A stretch of DNA of 64,000 nucleotides from Turneriellaceae bacterium (GTDB lineage: Bacteria > Spirochaetota > Leptospiria > Turneriellales > JAOUFE01). The translations under genes were made by a program, and so were the position numbers. The stretch spans positions 129,580-193,579 of the forward strand of contig JBNLDQ010000031.1 in NCBI GenBank assembly GCA_050304475.1. Direction: 5' to 3'. Below, piece after piece: positions 53,307 to 61,688 of the stretch. The notes below the pieces were generated by a model that did not search any database, had not been told where the DNA came from, and saw nothing but the letters and a program-made list of their open reading frames with translations. Position 1 is the stretch's first letter. The number at the start of each line of letters is the position of its first letter.

Positions 53307-54941
53307 TTACGGCGTCAAAAAATTCCGGTTCATGGTCCATTCCATAATATCAAGGCCGGTTTTGTAAATTTCAACATTCTCAAAGCGCCGGTGGACAGCC
53401 ACTAAATTATAACTTGTGTATAAAAACGTATAGGGTTGGTTCTCGTATAAAATTTCATGAAAGCGGCGGTACATCCGGTTTCGCTTTTCTTCATCTAATT
53501 CTTTACGCGCATCTTCAATGATCTTGTCCATCTCGGGTGTGCTGAACCCGGTAAAGTTGTGCCCTTTTTCAAGCTGCGAAGAGTGCCAAAGCTGGTACGG
53601 GTCGCCTTCGATTCCCATGCTCCACCCCAGCATAACGGATTCAAAATTCCGTTCATTGATTTTTTCGATCAGAACCTGAAATTGAACCGGGTTGATGATC
53701 GCCTCTACCCCGGCGCTTTCCAAATCTTCTTTGACAATTGCCGCAAACCTGGTGGAAAACTCGGCGCCCGAGGGAATCATCAATTCAAAAGACAGCTTGC
53801 GGTTGTTTTTGTCGAGATAACCGTCGCCGTCCGTATCGCGAAAGCCGGCTTCTTTTAAAAGCGCCGCGGCAATCTCTGGATTATAGGGGCGAGGCTCTAA
53901 ATCGTGATTGTATTGGTTTGAGCCAATCCAGAAATTCCCCGTGGTAATGACCGCCTGGTCTTTTAAAATCGCTTGTTTGATTTTTTCCCGGTTGATTAAA
54001 TAGGTCATGGCCACGCGAACGCGTTTGTCGTCAAACGGGAACTGCCGGGTATTGTACCCGATGTACCGGTATCCCATAGAAAGATACTTGTGCTTCTCGA
54101 AAGAGGCCCGGAACTTTTCGGAATCGCTTTGGCGCAGCCATTGCATGGGCGACATGTTAAAAACGTCAATGTTGCCTTTTTTCAGCGATTGAAAGGCGAC
54201 TGCATTTTCTTCTACAATCTTGTATTCGAGTCTTGTGATTTCCGGTTTTAGGCCCCAATAGTTTTCGTAGCGAACCAATGTCACCTTTTGTCGGGTGATC
54301 CACTTTTCCAGCCGGTAGGGCCCCGTGCCGACCGGTTCGCGCATGTTATGTTCATTGTTTACAAAATTTTCGGTTTTAGAAAAAATATGTTCGGGGATAA
54401 TGGCAAAGCTGCCCAAATGCTCGAGGCTTAAAAAATAGGGCCGTTTCATTTTAAAAACAATGGTATAGTCATCCGGGGCCGATATACTTTTTACGTCGTT
54501 AAAGTAGACCTTCATTTGGGGGTTGGGGGTCGACTTGTCCATGATCTTATGGTAGGTATAAAGTACATCGCTGGCGGTAAATGGTTCGCCGTCATGAAAG
54601 GTAACCCCGTGGCGCAAATGGAAAGTGTATGTCAGCATATCGGGGGCAATTTCATAGCTTTCGGCCAAAAGACCTCTCCATTGCAATGTTTTCGGATCGC
54701 GATCAATCAACGATTCGTATATTCGCCCGGCCACTGCCGATGAATACGCGTCTTCGGCTAACACGGGATTTAAAGTAATGGGGTCGGTAGACAAATGAAA
54801 CCGCAATGTTGCCGGGTCGATATTTTTCGCTTGCGACGGCTGGCAATGCGCAAACCAAAGCGGAAAACACAATAGGCAAAGCGGGTAAAGAAAGCCATAC
54901 GTTCGTCTATTTCGATTTTTTGGGTTTGTCAGTAAATCCAT
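53307..54941 (-). CDS. ABC transporter substrate-binding protein, family 5 (peptide/nickel, OppA/DppA-like)
   Basis: 544 aa with a signal peptide. VTFHDGEPFTASDV, GTGPY and the ..EEKR...Y.....IL.E..P...L end pattern match SBP_bac_5. No permease or ATPase genes are adjacent. Confidence 0.9.
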   Translation of the reverse strand: MDLLTNPKNRNRRTYGFLYPLCLLCFPLWFAHCQPSQAKNIDPATLRFHLSTDPITLNPVLAEDAYSSAVAGRIYESLIDRDPKTLQWRGLLAESYEIAPDMLTYTFHLRHGVTFHDGEPFTASDVLYTYHKIMDKSTPNPQMKVYFNDVKSISAPDDYTIVFKMKRPYFLSLEHLGSFAIIPEHIFSKTENFVNNEHNMREPVGTGPYRLEKWITRQKVTLVRYENYWGLKPEITRLEYKIVEENAVAFQSLKKGNIDVFNMSPMQWLRQSDSEKFRASFEKHKYLSMGYRYIGYNTRQFPFDDKRVRVAMTYLINREKIKQAILKDQAVITTGNFWIGSNQYNHDLEPRPYNPEIAAALLKEAGFRDTDGDGYLDKNNRKLSFELMIPSGAEFSTRFAAIVKEDLESAGVEAIINPVQFQVLIEKINERNFESVMLGWSMGIEGDPYQLWHSSQLEKGHNFTGFSTPEMDKIIEDARKELDEEKRNRMYRRFHEILYENQPYTFLYTSYNLVAVHRRFENVEIYKTGLDIMEWTMNRNFLTP

Positions 54942-55249
54942 GATGATAGCCCTTGCGTGATTTTTTATTTTGTTAATTCGATTTTATTGTTTCTTATTTG
55001 TCTTGATGGTCCTGAAGCGCCTGGGGCGCCCGGCGATTAGACACATATTGTCTCCCAACTGAGGCGGCAACCCTTTGTTCGCTGGTAGCGGAAACAAATC
55101 ATTTCGGCATTTTAAGCGCCAAATGGAACGTTTCTTGGTTTTTTTTGCATTTTAGAGTAAAAAAAAACACTATTTTTGTTTTTTTATTCCTTAAATTTAA
55201 TAGACATCTGCACGATAATCAGAAACAAAGGCAGTCACACAACCGGGTC

Positions 55250-56227
55250 ATGAAAAGCGCATTTCAAAAATATCTACGTAAAGCCGGGCTTATTGCAGCT
55301 CTTCTCGCTGGGCAAAATGCGCTCTATGCCGTGCTGGCCGACCAGTTTTTAATGAAGCGCGTGCTGCCCGAGAACAAGCAATACATTGAATATATCAATG
55401 TTGCGGTAAGCAACTTTGGCAATGACGAAGAGCTTGAAACTTTTATTGAAGCGGTCATTCACGATTTTAACGCCAATATTTTTACGATGCAAGGCAAGTA
55501 TGTCGAAGGTCACAAAGAGATCATGGAGTCGCAACGGCTGTTAAGCGCTCTCTATTACCATTTTATACTCAACTATTACGAACCCGACGCAAGGGCCTTG
55601 CTGAAAATGAGCGCGCCGATTATTTTTCACGCCAAAGACAAAAAAGCGGAATACTATTTAAATTCGGGGTACGCCCACCTGCGCAAGGCCGAAGAGTACA
55701 GGATGCGCGGGAAAAACAGCAACCGCTTTTTATATTCCACCAAAATCAATTTATACACGCAAGCCATCTATGAGTTGCGCACCGCAAAAAAATACGCCCT
55801 GTTGGCCTTAACCGAAAGTAAAATACCGATGGTCGATAAAAAAGATTATATTGCGCAATCATACAACGAAGCCCTTGGCCTCAGCACCCCGCCGAAGGTT
55901 TCCCCGTACAAAGAGCTTGAATATGAAATCATTAATGCATTGTCGAGAGGACTTTTGCCGGACACATTCCCCTACCTGCTCCACCACGCCGATAACTACG
56001 ACCGCATTTTCGATCTTGTCAATAAAGAGTCGGCTTTAACCCAGGCCAACGAACGTCTTAGCGGTTCAACGGAAATCCAGGGGGAACCGGGAGCAAATGG
56101 CCCAGCCCAAAATGGGAACGGGTCCGGTAACGGATCAATGAATAACTCAAATGAGATGCAAAACGGGACAGGCAATGCGCCGGGCAACCAAGACACCCAA
56201 GACAACCCTTCCGGATCAAACCAATAA
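55250..56227 (+). CDS. Hypothetical secreted helical protein with an N/G/Q-rich tail
   Basis: ATG 55250 gives a signal peptide (MKSAFQKYLRKAGLIAALLAGQNALYA). The track extension from 55145 is an A/T-rich leader. The tail reads GANGPAQNGNGSGNGSMNNSNEMQNGTGNAPGNQ. I recognise no family. Confidence 0.55.
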   Translation: MKSAFQKYLRKAGLIAALLAGQNALYAVLADQFLMKRVLPENKQYIEYINVAVSNFGNDEELETFIEAVIHDFNANIFTMQGKYVEGHKEIMESQRLLSALYYHFILNYYEPDARALLKMSAPIIFHAKDKKAEYYLNSGYAHLRKAEEYRMRGKNSNRFLYSTKINLYTQAIYELRTAKKYALLALTESKIPMVDKKDYIAQSYNEALGLSTPPKVSPYKELEYEIINALSRGLLPDTFPYLLHHADNYDRIFDLVNKESALTQANERLSGSTEIQGEPGANGPAQNGNGSGNGSMNNSNEMQNGTGNAPGNQDTQDNPSGSNQ

Positions 56228-56936
56228 GCCGGCTGTCTTTTTCTACCTTTCGGGTTTGGCTGGCGCCAGAGCGTTTGTTTTAATTTTCGCATTTCTTTTT
56301 CTGCAGCAAGACGCACTATGGGCCGGCGCCGATGACCGTAAATACGCAGAGAAAGGCGATCAATCGATAGAGTTGATCCAACGCATTTACGGTTCGTATT
56401 CCATTCATATTTTAAAAAAAGAGATGCTTGAAGAGCTCCTGCAAGAGTGGCGCGCCGCAAAAATATCGGCCAATTTGATCCCCAACTCTGTTGCGTTAAT
56501 GCCGGCGGCAATTACGCCCGCTGAAAATCAAAGTACTTCTTCTACCGCAAAATCGTCTCTGGAATTTACCGGGGAACCGGCCCACCGGCCTTTGCCGGAA
56601 CTATACCGTCAAATCGACCTTTTCTTGCGCGACGCATGCATTGATCTTGCCAACTACTCGGAATACCTGCAAGACGATTTTTCCCGGATCAACTCCGCCG
56701 GAAACCTTCCCCGCCATGACGGTTGGCTCAACGCCTGGAGCGTTTCGCGGCAAGAGTTTGCCCGCGCGCAAAAAGCCTTTCTCGCGGGCCAATATTTCTA
56801 TGCCGCACACTTATACGACCGGTCGATCCGGATGCTTGACCAAGCCTACCGCCTCTCCGGCGCCTCCGCCTCCCCCGGTTGGGATAAGGTTCGATCGGAA
56901 GTTGCCGCACCGGCCGCAATGCCTAGCGAATTTTAA
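56175..56936 (+). CDS. Hypothetical secreted protein; start uncertain
   Basis: Signal-like AVFFYLSGLAGARAFVLIFAFLFLQQDALWA. Candidate starts are ATG 56151, ATG 56175 (both overlap the upstream gene) and TTG 56256. I recognise no family. Its 3' end overlaps the convergent tsaC by 14 nt. Confidence 0.5.
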   Translation: MRRATKTPKTTLPDQTNKPAVFFYLSGLAGARAFVLIFAFLFLQQDALWAGADDRKYAEKGDQSIELIQRIYGSYSIHILKKEMLEELLQEWRAAKISANLIPNSVALMPAAITPAENQSTSSTAKSSLEFTGEPAHRPLPELYRQIDLFLRDACIDLANYSEYLQDDFSRINSAGNLPRHDGWLNAWSVSRQEFARAQKAFLAGQYFYAAHLYDRSIRMLDQAYRLSGASASPGWDKVRSEVAAPAAMPSEF

Positions 56937-57567
56937 CCGGCGGCGAATTCAACAGGCTCCAGATGCTTGAAGGGCGAGAGGCCCGAAAAGCGGTATCGAA
57001 AAATATTTCCTTGATTTCTTCAAACATACCAAACTCTTTTTTCATTTCATTAAAGTCTTCAAGCGGCGGGCTGTTATGGATATTAAGCGACGGGGCCAAT
57101 AACGGCAAACCCAGTTCGTTTAACGTCTCATAAAAAAAGAGATTATCTTCGGGCGCCGGAACCCGAATGGCAATGGTATCGCCCGGCGGGTAGTCCAGCC
57201 CCGGTTTTTTGGGGAAGATCACCGTATTTCGCCCCGGCCAGACTTCTTTGATCCAAGCCAGGTTTTCCGGCTTCAGTTTTTCGAGTTCCGCCAGCCTGCC
57301 TAACGGATACGATTGCGGGATAACCGTCAGGAACGGCTTTGGCAGAGGACGGTTTTTCAAGCGATGCAATATCGCCGGGTTTGGCCCGCCCCGGGGTTTG
57401 CCGGGTTGCCATGCCGCAAAGAGACCGTAAATGGTATCGGAGGGCATAGAAATTACGCCGCCCGAACGCAGCCATTGAACGGCCTGCGTTACCGCATTTT
57501 TTCTTTCGAGCTTGTTTTGAGAATTAAATGAATAGCCCGCAATTTTAGTTTTGCGCCGGACTGTCAT
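56923..57567 (-). CDS. tsaC: L-threonylcarbamoyladenylate synthase (YrdC/TsaC-type)
   Basis: 214 aa. AVQWLRSGGVISMPSDTIYGLFA and the downstream R.K.RP..KP..V block match the YrdC domain. Confidence 0.8.
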   Translation of the reverse strand: MTVRRKTKIAGYSFNSQNKLERKNAVTQAVQWLRSGGVISMPSDTIYGLFAAWQPGKPRGGPNPAILHRLKNRPLPKPFLTVIPQSYPLGRLAELEKLKPENLAWIKEVWPGRNTVIFPKKPGLDYPPGDTIAIRVPAPEDNLFFYETLNELGLPLLAPSLNIHNSPPLEDFNEMKKEFGMFEEIKEIFFDTAFRASRPSSIWSLLNSPPVKIR

Positions 57568-57880
57568 AAATATGGCATAAAGCGCTCACCAACTCTTCAA
57601 AACCCTGGTTGGTTACACGATAAAAAATACGATTCCCGTCGCGCCGGTCTTTGAGTACGCCAAACGCTTTCATCTTGGCAAGATGCTGAGAAACGGCCGA
57701 TTGAGACATGGCCGTCATTGTTACAATTTCATTGACAGTAGCCTCTTTTGATTGCAGGTAGCATAGAATTTTCAAGCGAGCCGGATGGGCGATCGCTTTT
57801 AGTCCTTGAACGGCGTTGTTTACATTTTTTTCCGAAATTTGTGAGACTTTTTTCATGTACACGAATATGAATTTCCGCAT
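57545..57880 (-). CDS. ArsR/SmtB-family transcriptional regulator
   Basis: LKAIAHPARLKILCYL...VNEI....MSQSAVSQHLAKMK..G.L...R.G..IFYR gives a winged HTH. Its 3' end overlaps the tsaC start by 23 nt. Confidence 0.9.
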   Translation of the reverse strand: MRKFIFVYMKKVSQISEKNVNNAVQGLKAIAHPARLKILCYLQSKEATVNEIVTMTAMSQSAVSQHLAKMKAFGVLKDRRDGNRIFYRVTNQGFEELVSALCHIYDSPAQN

Positions 57881-57983
57881 TAGACGGTCAATCTACTTTT
57901 ATATTAATTTATTATGTTTTTCATGATCTGTTCCGGAAAAGAAATAGTGGTTGCCCCCGGCGTTTTTACCTTATCATTCGGTT

Positions 57984-58727
57984 ATGGGCTACCCGAAAAG
58001 CCGCTGGAAACGAATTTTATTTTCGGCTTCAACCAGTTTTTTATCCGCCGTTAGCGCTGTGGTTTTGGGCATTTACCGCTCAACGCTCAATTACGAAATC
58101 ATTGGCATGGAACACTTGCTCAAACTCACCGCGCAAAAACAAAATTATCTTTTAACCGTCTGGCATACTTTCATCGACGCATCGGTTTTTGTCTTTCATT
58201 CCCGGCGGATGCTTGTGTATACGGACCACCCGCGCGTGGAAGCGTACGAAAAAAGCGTCACTCACTTTTTTCGCGAAGTCGGCATTAAAACTCTCAAGGG
58301 GCACGGATTTCGTGTGCTGGACGCTTCTCACGGGAAACAGTCATCGGGCATTATTAATTTTATTAAAATGATATCGGACGGCAGCCCCGCCCTCTTGTCG
58401 CCTGACGGTCCGCACGGACCAATCTACAAAGCGAAACCGGGCGCCGTCTATATCGCGAAAAAAACCGGCAGCGCCATTATCCCGGCCGGTTTCGGATTTT
58501 CGCGTAAAATTATCGGCGCCAACTGGGACGACTTTGCTCTGCCACTGCCCTTTTCGCGCATCACAGTTGTCATGGGCGAGCCAATCTGGGTAAAACCCGA
58601 TATTGACAACGATGAACAAGAGGCCGTCACACTCCGCCTGGAAAACACCATTGACGAACTTTGCCACGAAGCCAACCGGCTGATTGGCGAAAAAGAAAAA
58701 AGCAAACAAACGTTAGCGGGGTCTTGA
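57984..58727 (+). CDS. DUF374-type lysophospholipid acyltransferase-family protein
   Basis: TVWHTF...LLSPDGPHGPIYKAKPGAVYIAKKTGSAIIPAGF is the DUF374 pattern. ATG 57984; the track start 57951 is a TTG. Confidence 0.75.
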   Translation: MGYPKSRWKRILFSASTSFLSAVSAVVLGIYRSTLNYEIIGMEHLLKLTAQKQNYLLTVWHTFIDASVFVFHSRRMLVYTDHPRVEAYEKSVTHFFREVGIKTLKGHGFRVLDASHGKQSSGIINFIKMISDGSPALLSPDGPHGPIYKAKPGAVYIAKKTGSAIIPAGFGFSRKIIGANWDDFALPLPFSRITVVMGEPIWVKPDIDNDEQEAVTLRLENTIDELCHEANRLIGEKEKSKQTLAGS

Positions 58728-59171
58728 TTTAAACAAGACCAGCATCATGAGAGACCAAAGCGAAACCGCAATGAAGATAGGAGTCACCGGTAGCCAAAAT
58801 ACCGAGTTCGCCCCGAGAAAAATGGCAACGAGACCCGCCAGGCTGCTTAAAAATAAAATGGTCCAAAGGGCGATGTGAAGCGGGCCAACCGGATTGAGAG
58901 ACCTGTTTTTGTCAAACATACCGCGTTTCGTATCTTTGTTGAGGGTCACTTCGTCAGAAGACGACTCTTCTTTTTTTGCAGGGCGGCCAAAACGCCTTTC
59001 CTGGTAATCGCGGCTCTTTTGACGGCCATGTCGGCCGTGCAAGCCATGATGACCGAGATGGCGAAGGCCTTCCGGCTCTAGCAAATCCAGATTAATATTG
59101 CCGCGGCGAAACCCTGACCGGGCTTTTTCATCGCCGTCATTTTCCGGATTTTTCAATGAAGATTTTGCCAC
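58713..59171 (-). CDS. Hypothetical membrane protein with a His-rich basic N-terminal region
   Basis: The GTG start shares one base with the upstream stop (TAGTG). The sequence has LRHLGHHGLHGRHGRQKSRD and then two C-terminal TM segments. I recognise no family. Confidence 0.5.
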   Translation of the reverse strand: MAKSSLKNPENDGDEKARSGFRRGNINLDLLEPEGLRHLGHHGLHGRHGRQKSRDYQERRFGRPAKKEESSSDEVTLNKDTKRGMFDKNRSLNPVGPLHIALWTILFLSSLAGLVAIFLGANSVFWLPVTPIFIAVSLWSLMMLVLFKSRPR

Positions 59172-59854
59172 TAAGAGAACGCTCCCGAATCCGTTTCCGG
59201 CGATTTTTCAGTTGGCTGCCCGGTTTTGGTTTCTTTTCCGGGGTTTTGGGCAAGAAGCTTTCGGTAGACGGAAATCTCATGTTGCAACGCTTCAAAACGT
59301 TGCGACAGATAACCAATGTACAAGCCGACCAGCCACACGCCGATCACCTTTAAAAACTGGGTCTGAAAAGCGGGCAAAGAACGTTCGGGGTAGTATTGGT
59401 AAAAAAGAGCCGCAAAATAAAGAAGATTAAACAATAGTACGCCGGCCACCGCCAGCCGCATCCCGTAACGGATCCCGTTCGAGACAATCACAACAAAATA
59501 AACCAGAAAAAACATACTTTCGTCGCCACCGGTGGGCAACAAGATACAGGTAACCAAAAGAAAATCGGCTGCCATGCTAATGTATTTCCATGCGGGGTGG
59601 ATTGACCTTTCGAGTTTTTTTATCCGGTACAAGATCAAATGATAGATCATATTGCACCCGCCCGAAATCAGCGCCAGCGTCGCGATATACGAATAAGAAA
59701 AGGTGCCCTTGACATCCCCGAAAATATTGGAACCGGTCCCCAGCAGATAAAATAAATAGCCGGAGATAATTACAATCATAAACCAGCGTACATTGACTTT
59801 GTTCAGTTCATTTTCCAGATCCCAATCACTGCCTCTCTTTCGCGATATCAGCAT
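59171..59854 (-). CDS. Six-TM integral membrane protein resembling stand-alone sensor-kinase membrane modules
   Basis: 227 aa. The segment DFLLVTCILLPTGGDESMFFLVYFVVIVSNGIRYG recalls the TGG..S.F..Y motif of PilS/NtrB-type sensor membrane domains. It ends in a short coiled coil, and no kinase domain follows. Confidence 0.6.
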   Translation of the reverse strand: MLISRKRGSDWDLENELNKVNVRWFMIVIISGYLFYLLGTGSNIFGDVKGTFSYSYIATLALISGGCNMIYHLILYRIKKLERSIHPAWKYISMAADFLLVTCILLPTGGDESMFFLVYFVVIVSNGIRYGMRLAVAGVLLFNLLYFAALFYQYYPERSLPAFQTQFLKVIGVWLVGLYIGYLSQRFEALQHEISVYRKLLAQNPGKETKTGQPTEKSPETDSGAFS

Positions 59855-60039
59855 ACGTCATTTGACCCAAAGCTACCGCAGAAGTCAAGCCATGTTGTCT
59901 CTTGCGGAGAACAAGGTTTTCCGTTTAACATGGGTTATCGGGTGCGACGTTTGCATAACCAATCAAGAAAATTCTCTTTACATACCAGGTCATTCTCTTC
60001 TTCATATCTTTGCACAAAAATATGTGCATGTAAGTTTCA

Positions 60040-60417
60040 ATGAAAGTAAACATTGCCATAGTCGGGCTCGGCGTAATCGGGGGAGCGTTTTTAAAATCGA
60101 TCCTTCGGCAAAAGGACCGGGGTATTCATGTCGTTGCCGTGGCAGAAATAGGCTATACCCCCGGCTTAATTCATGCCAAAGAGATGGGGATTGAAATAAC
60201 CACCACCCAAAACATTGTCGCGTTAGGCGAAAAAATTGACGTTATTTTCGACGCCACAAATGACATCAATGTCCGCCGCGATATTCGCAAGTTGCTGCAA
60301 GAGTCGGGCAACCGGCATACCAGCCTTGTCCCTGAAATTATTTCCGATTTAATCTGGTCAATTATCGAACAAAAACCCCTGCCCAATATTCACGAGCACA
60401 AGGGTTACAATACCTGA
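60040..60417 (+). CDS. Short stand-alone Rossmann NAD(P)-binding domain protein (N-terminal-domain-like of DmpF/MhpF acetaldehyde dehydrogenase or homoserine dehydrogenase); possibly a gene remnant
   Basis: 125 aa. MKVNIAIVGLGVIGGAF...VVAVAEI..TPGLIHAKEMGI...IDVIFDATN parallels the recalled DmpF N-terminus (VAIIGSGNIGTDL...GID..S.GL..A...G....IDIVFDATSA). It stops before any catalytic domain. Confidence 0.5.
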   Translation: MKVNIAIVGLGVIGGAFLKSILRQKDRGIHVVAVAEIGYTPGLIHAKEMGIEITTTQNIVALGEKIDVIFDATNDINVRRDIRKLLQESGNRHTSLVPEIISDLIWSIIEQKPLPNIHEHKGYNT

Positions 60418-60999
60418 TTAACCTTGTTCTTCTTTTTGTAAAAAACGTATAATAGAGGCGAGATTTTCCGCCCGGTCGCTTTGGCTAAAGAGATACCGTA
60501 CCCTGCCCTGTTTATCAATCACAAAAACGGTGGTTGAGTGGTCCATTTGGTACCCGATAGCCGAATCCGTTTTTCGCTTGTTGTAGACAATCTTAAACAA
60601 GTTTGTCGCATGCTGCAGCTCTTCTTTCGTGCCGGTCAAACCAATGGGTTCATATTTAAAATAAGAGACATATTCTCTGATTTTTTCAACCGTATCGCGC
60701 CCGCGGTCGACGCTAATGAAAACGGTTTTTACATCAGCGGCATCATCGCCAAGTTTTTTGTACACCGAGCCAATTTTAGAAAAAGTATTGGGGCATGCGT
60801 CAGGGCACTTGGTGTAGCCGAAAAAAAGCAACACTGTGTTCCCGCGCAGCGACGAAAAACGGAAATCTTGTCCGTTTTGATCAGTCATCGTAAATTCGCC
60901 GCCCAGGCTGTCGATGATATCAAGCTGGGTTTTCTGTTCTTTGCAGAATAATCCGCCTAGAATCATGGCCACCATCAGTAATCTTTTCACATACATCAT
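60418..60999 (-). CDS. SCO1/SenC copper chaperone (thioredoxin fold)
   Basis: FFGYTKCPDACPNT (CxxxC) and the downstream MDHSTTVFVID (conserved His). Signal/anchor present. Confidence 0.9.
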   Translation of the reverse strand: MMYVKRLLMVAMILGGLFCKEQKTQLDIIDSLGGEFTMTDQNGQDFRFSSLRGNTVLLFFGYTKCPDACPNTFSKIGSVYKKLGDDAADVKTVFISVDRGRDTVEKIREYVSYFKYEPIGLTGTKEELQHATNLFKIVYNKRKTDSAIGYQMDHSTTVFVIDKQGRVRYLFSQSDRAENLASIIRFLQKEEQG

Positions 61000-61050
61000 G
61001 TCAAACTCTCCTAAATAAAATAATGACGCTTTTCGTGCCTTTTGGCTTGC

Positions 61051-61611
61051 TTATTCAAGCAACTTAACCGGCGCCTTGATTTTCATTTCGCCGGCTTTTT
61101 CAAATGTAAATACGATTTCGGCGGTTTCGCCGGCTACCGCATTTCTTTTCAAGTCGATAAACATCAAATGAAATGAGCCCGGTTCAAAAACCACGCTTTC
61201 GCCCGAAGCAATGGGTAAAGTCTCTTTTCTTTCCATTTTCATCAGGTCATTTTCATAATACATCAAATGTATTTCAGTGTATTCGGATAAATCCGAAGAG
61301 ACGCCAATCAAACTGTCATCCTCTTTCGTATCGTTTTTAAGCGTAAAATACCCGGCAGTAACGCCGGCAGCGGGCGGCGTCTCGGCAATGCGTAAATTTT
61401 CAAAAAGCATTTTACCGCTACGAGGTTGGCAAAAAGAGACAGAAGCCAAGAGCCCGATAAAAACGGTTTTCCAGGCAAAAGCCCGGAGGTGCCTGATCGG
61501 ACGAAACAAGGGAAAATCGCTAAAATCATTACCGGAATAAAAATTCAATTTCCGGAAACCTCTACTGACTAAATTGCCGAAATTTCTTGAAAAAACGGTA
61601 CTCCATTGCAT
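61051..61611 (-). CDS. PCu(A)C-type periplasmic copper chaperone
   Basis: AGYFTLKN...EIHLMYYENDLMKM...GSFHLMF gives the H(M)x10M...HxM copper motif. The start is uncertain (ATG 61611 or TTG 61620, long leader before the signal segment). Confidence 0.85.
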   Translation of the reverse strand: MQWSTVFSRNFGNLVSRGFRKLNFYSGNDFSDFPLFRPIRHLRAFAWKTVFIGLLASVSFCQPRSGKMLFENLRIAETPPAAGVTAGYFTLKNDTKEDDSLIGVSSDLSEYTEIHLMYYENDLMKMERKETLPIASGESVVFEPGSFHLMFIDLKRNAVAGETAEIVFTFEKAGEMKIKAPVKLLE

Positions 61612-61688
61612 TGCTACCAACGAAATCGCTAAAACGAAGCGTCAAACGTTTTTTGGTTCAACTTGTTTTGAGCTTTTTTTTTCACGAC

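Noticed and set aside
55145-55249. 35-aa extension (MHFRVKKNTIFVF...) of the 55250 gene, including an A9 run
   Set aside because: It is A/T-rich low-complexity leader sequence. The signal peptide starts at ATG 55250. I briefly considered the homopolymer as a phase-variation tract, but it lies outside the likely CDS.
55996-56511. 171-aa minus-strand ORF spanning the junction of the two secreted-protein genes
   Set aside because: It has no signal, motif or family resemblance. It is antisense to two ORFs that have coherent signal peptides. A residual possibility remains because those two are themselves uncharacterised.
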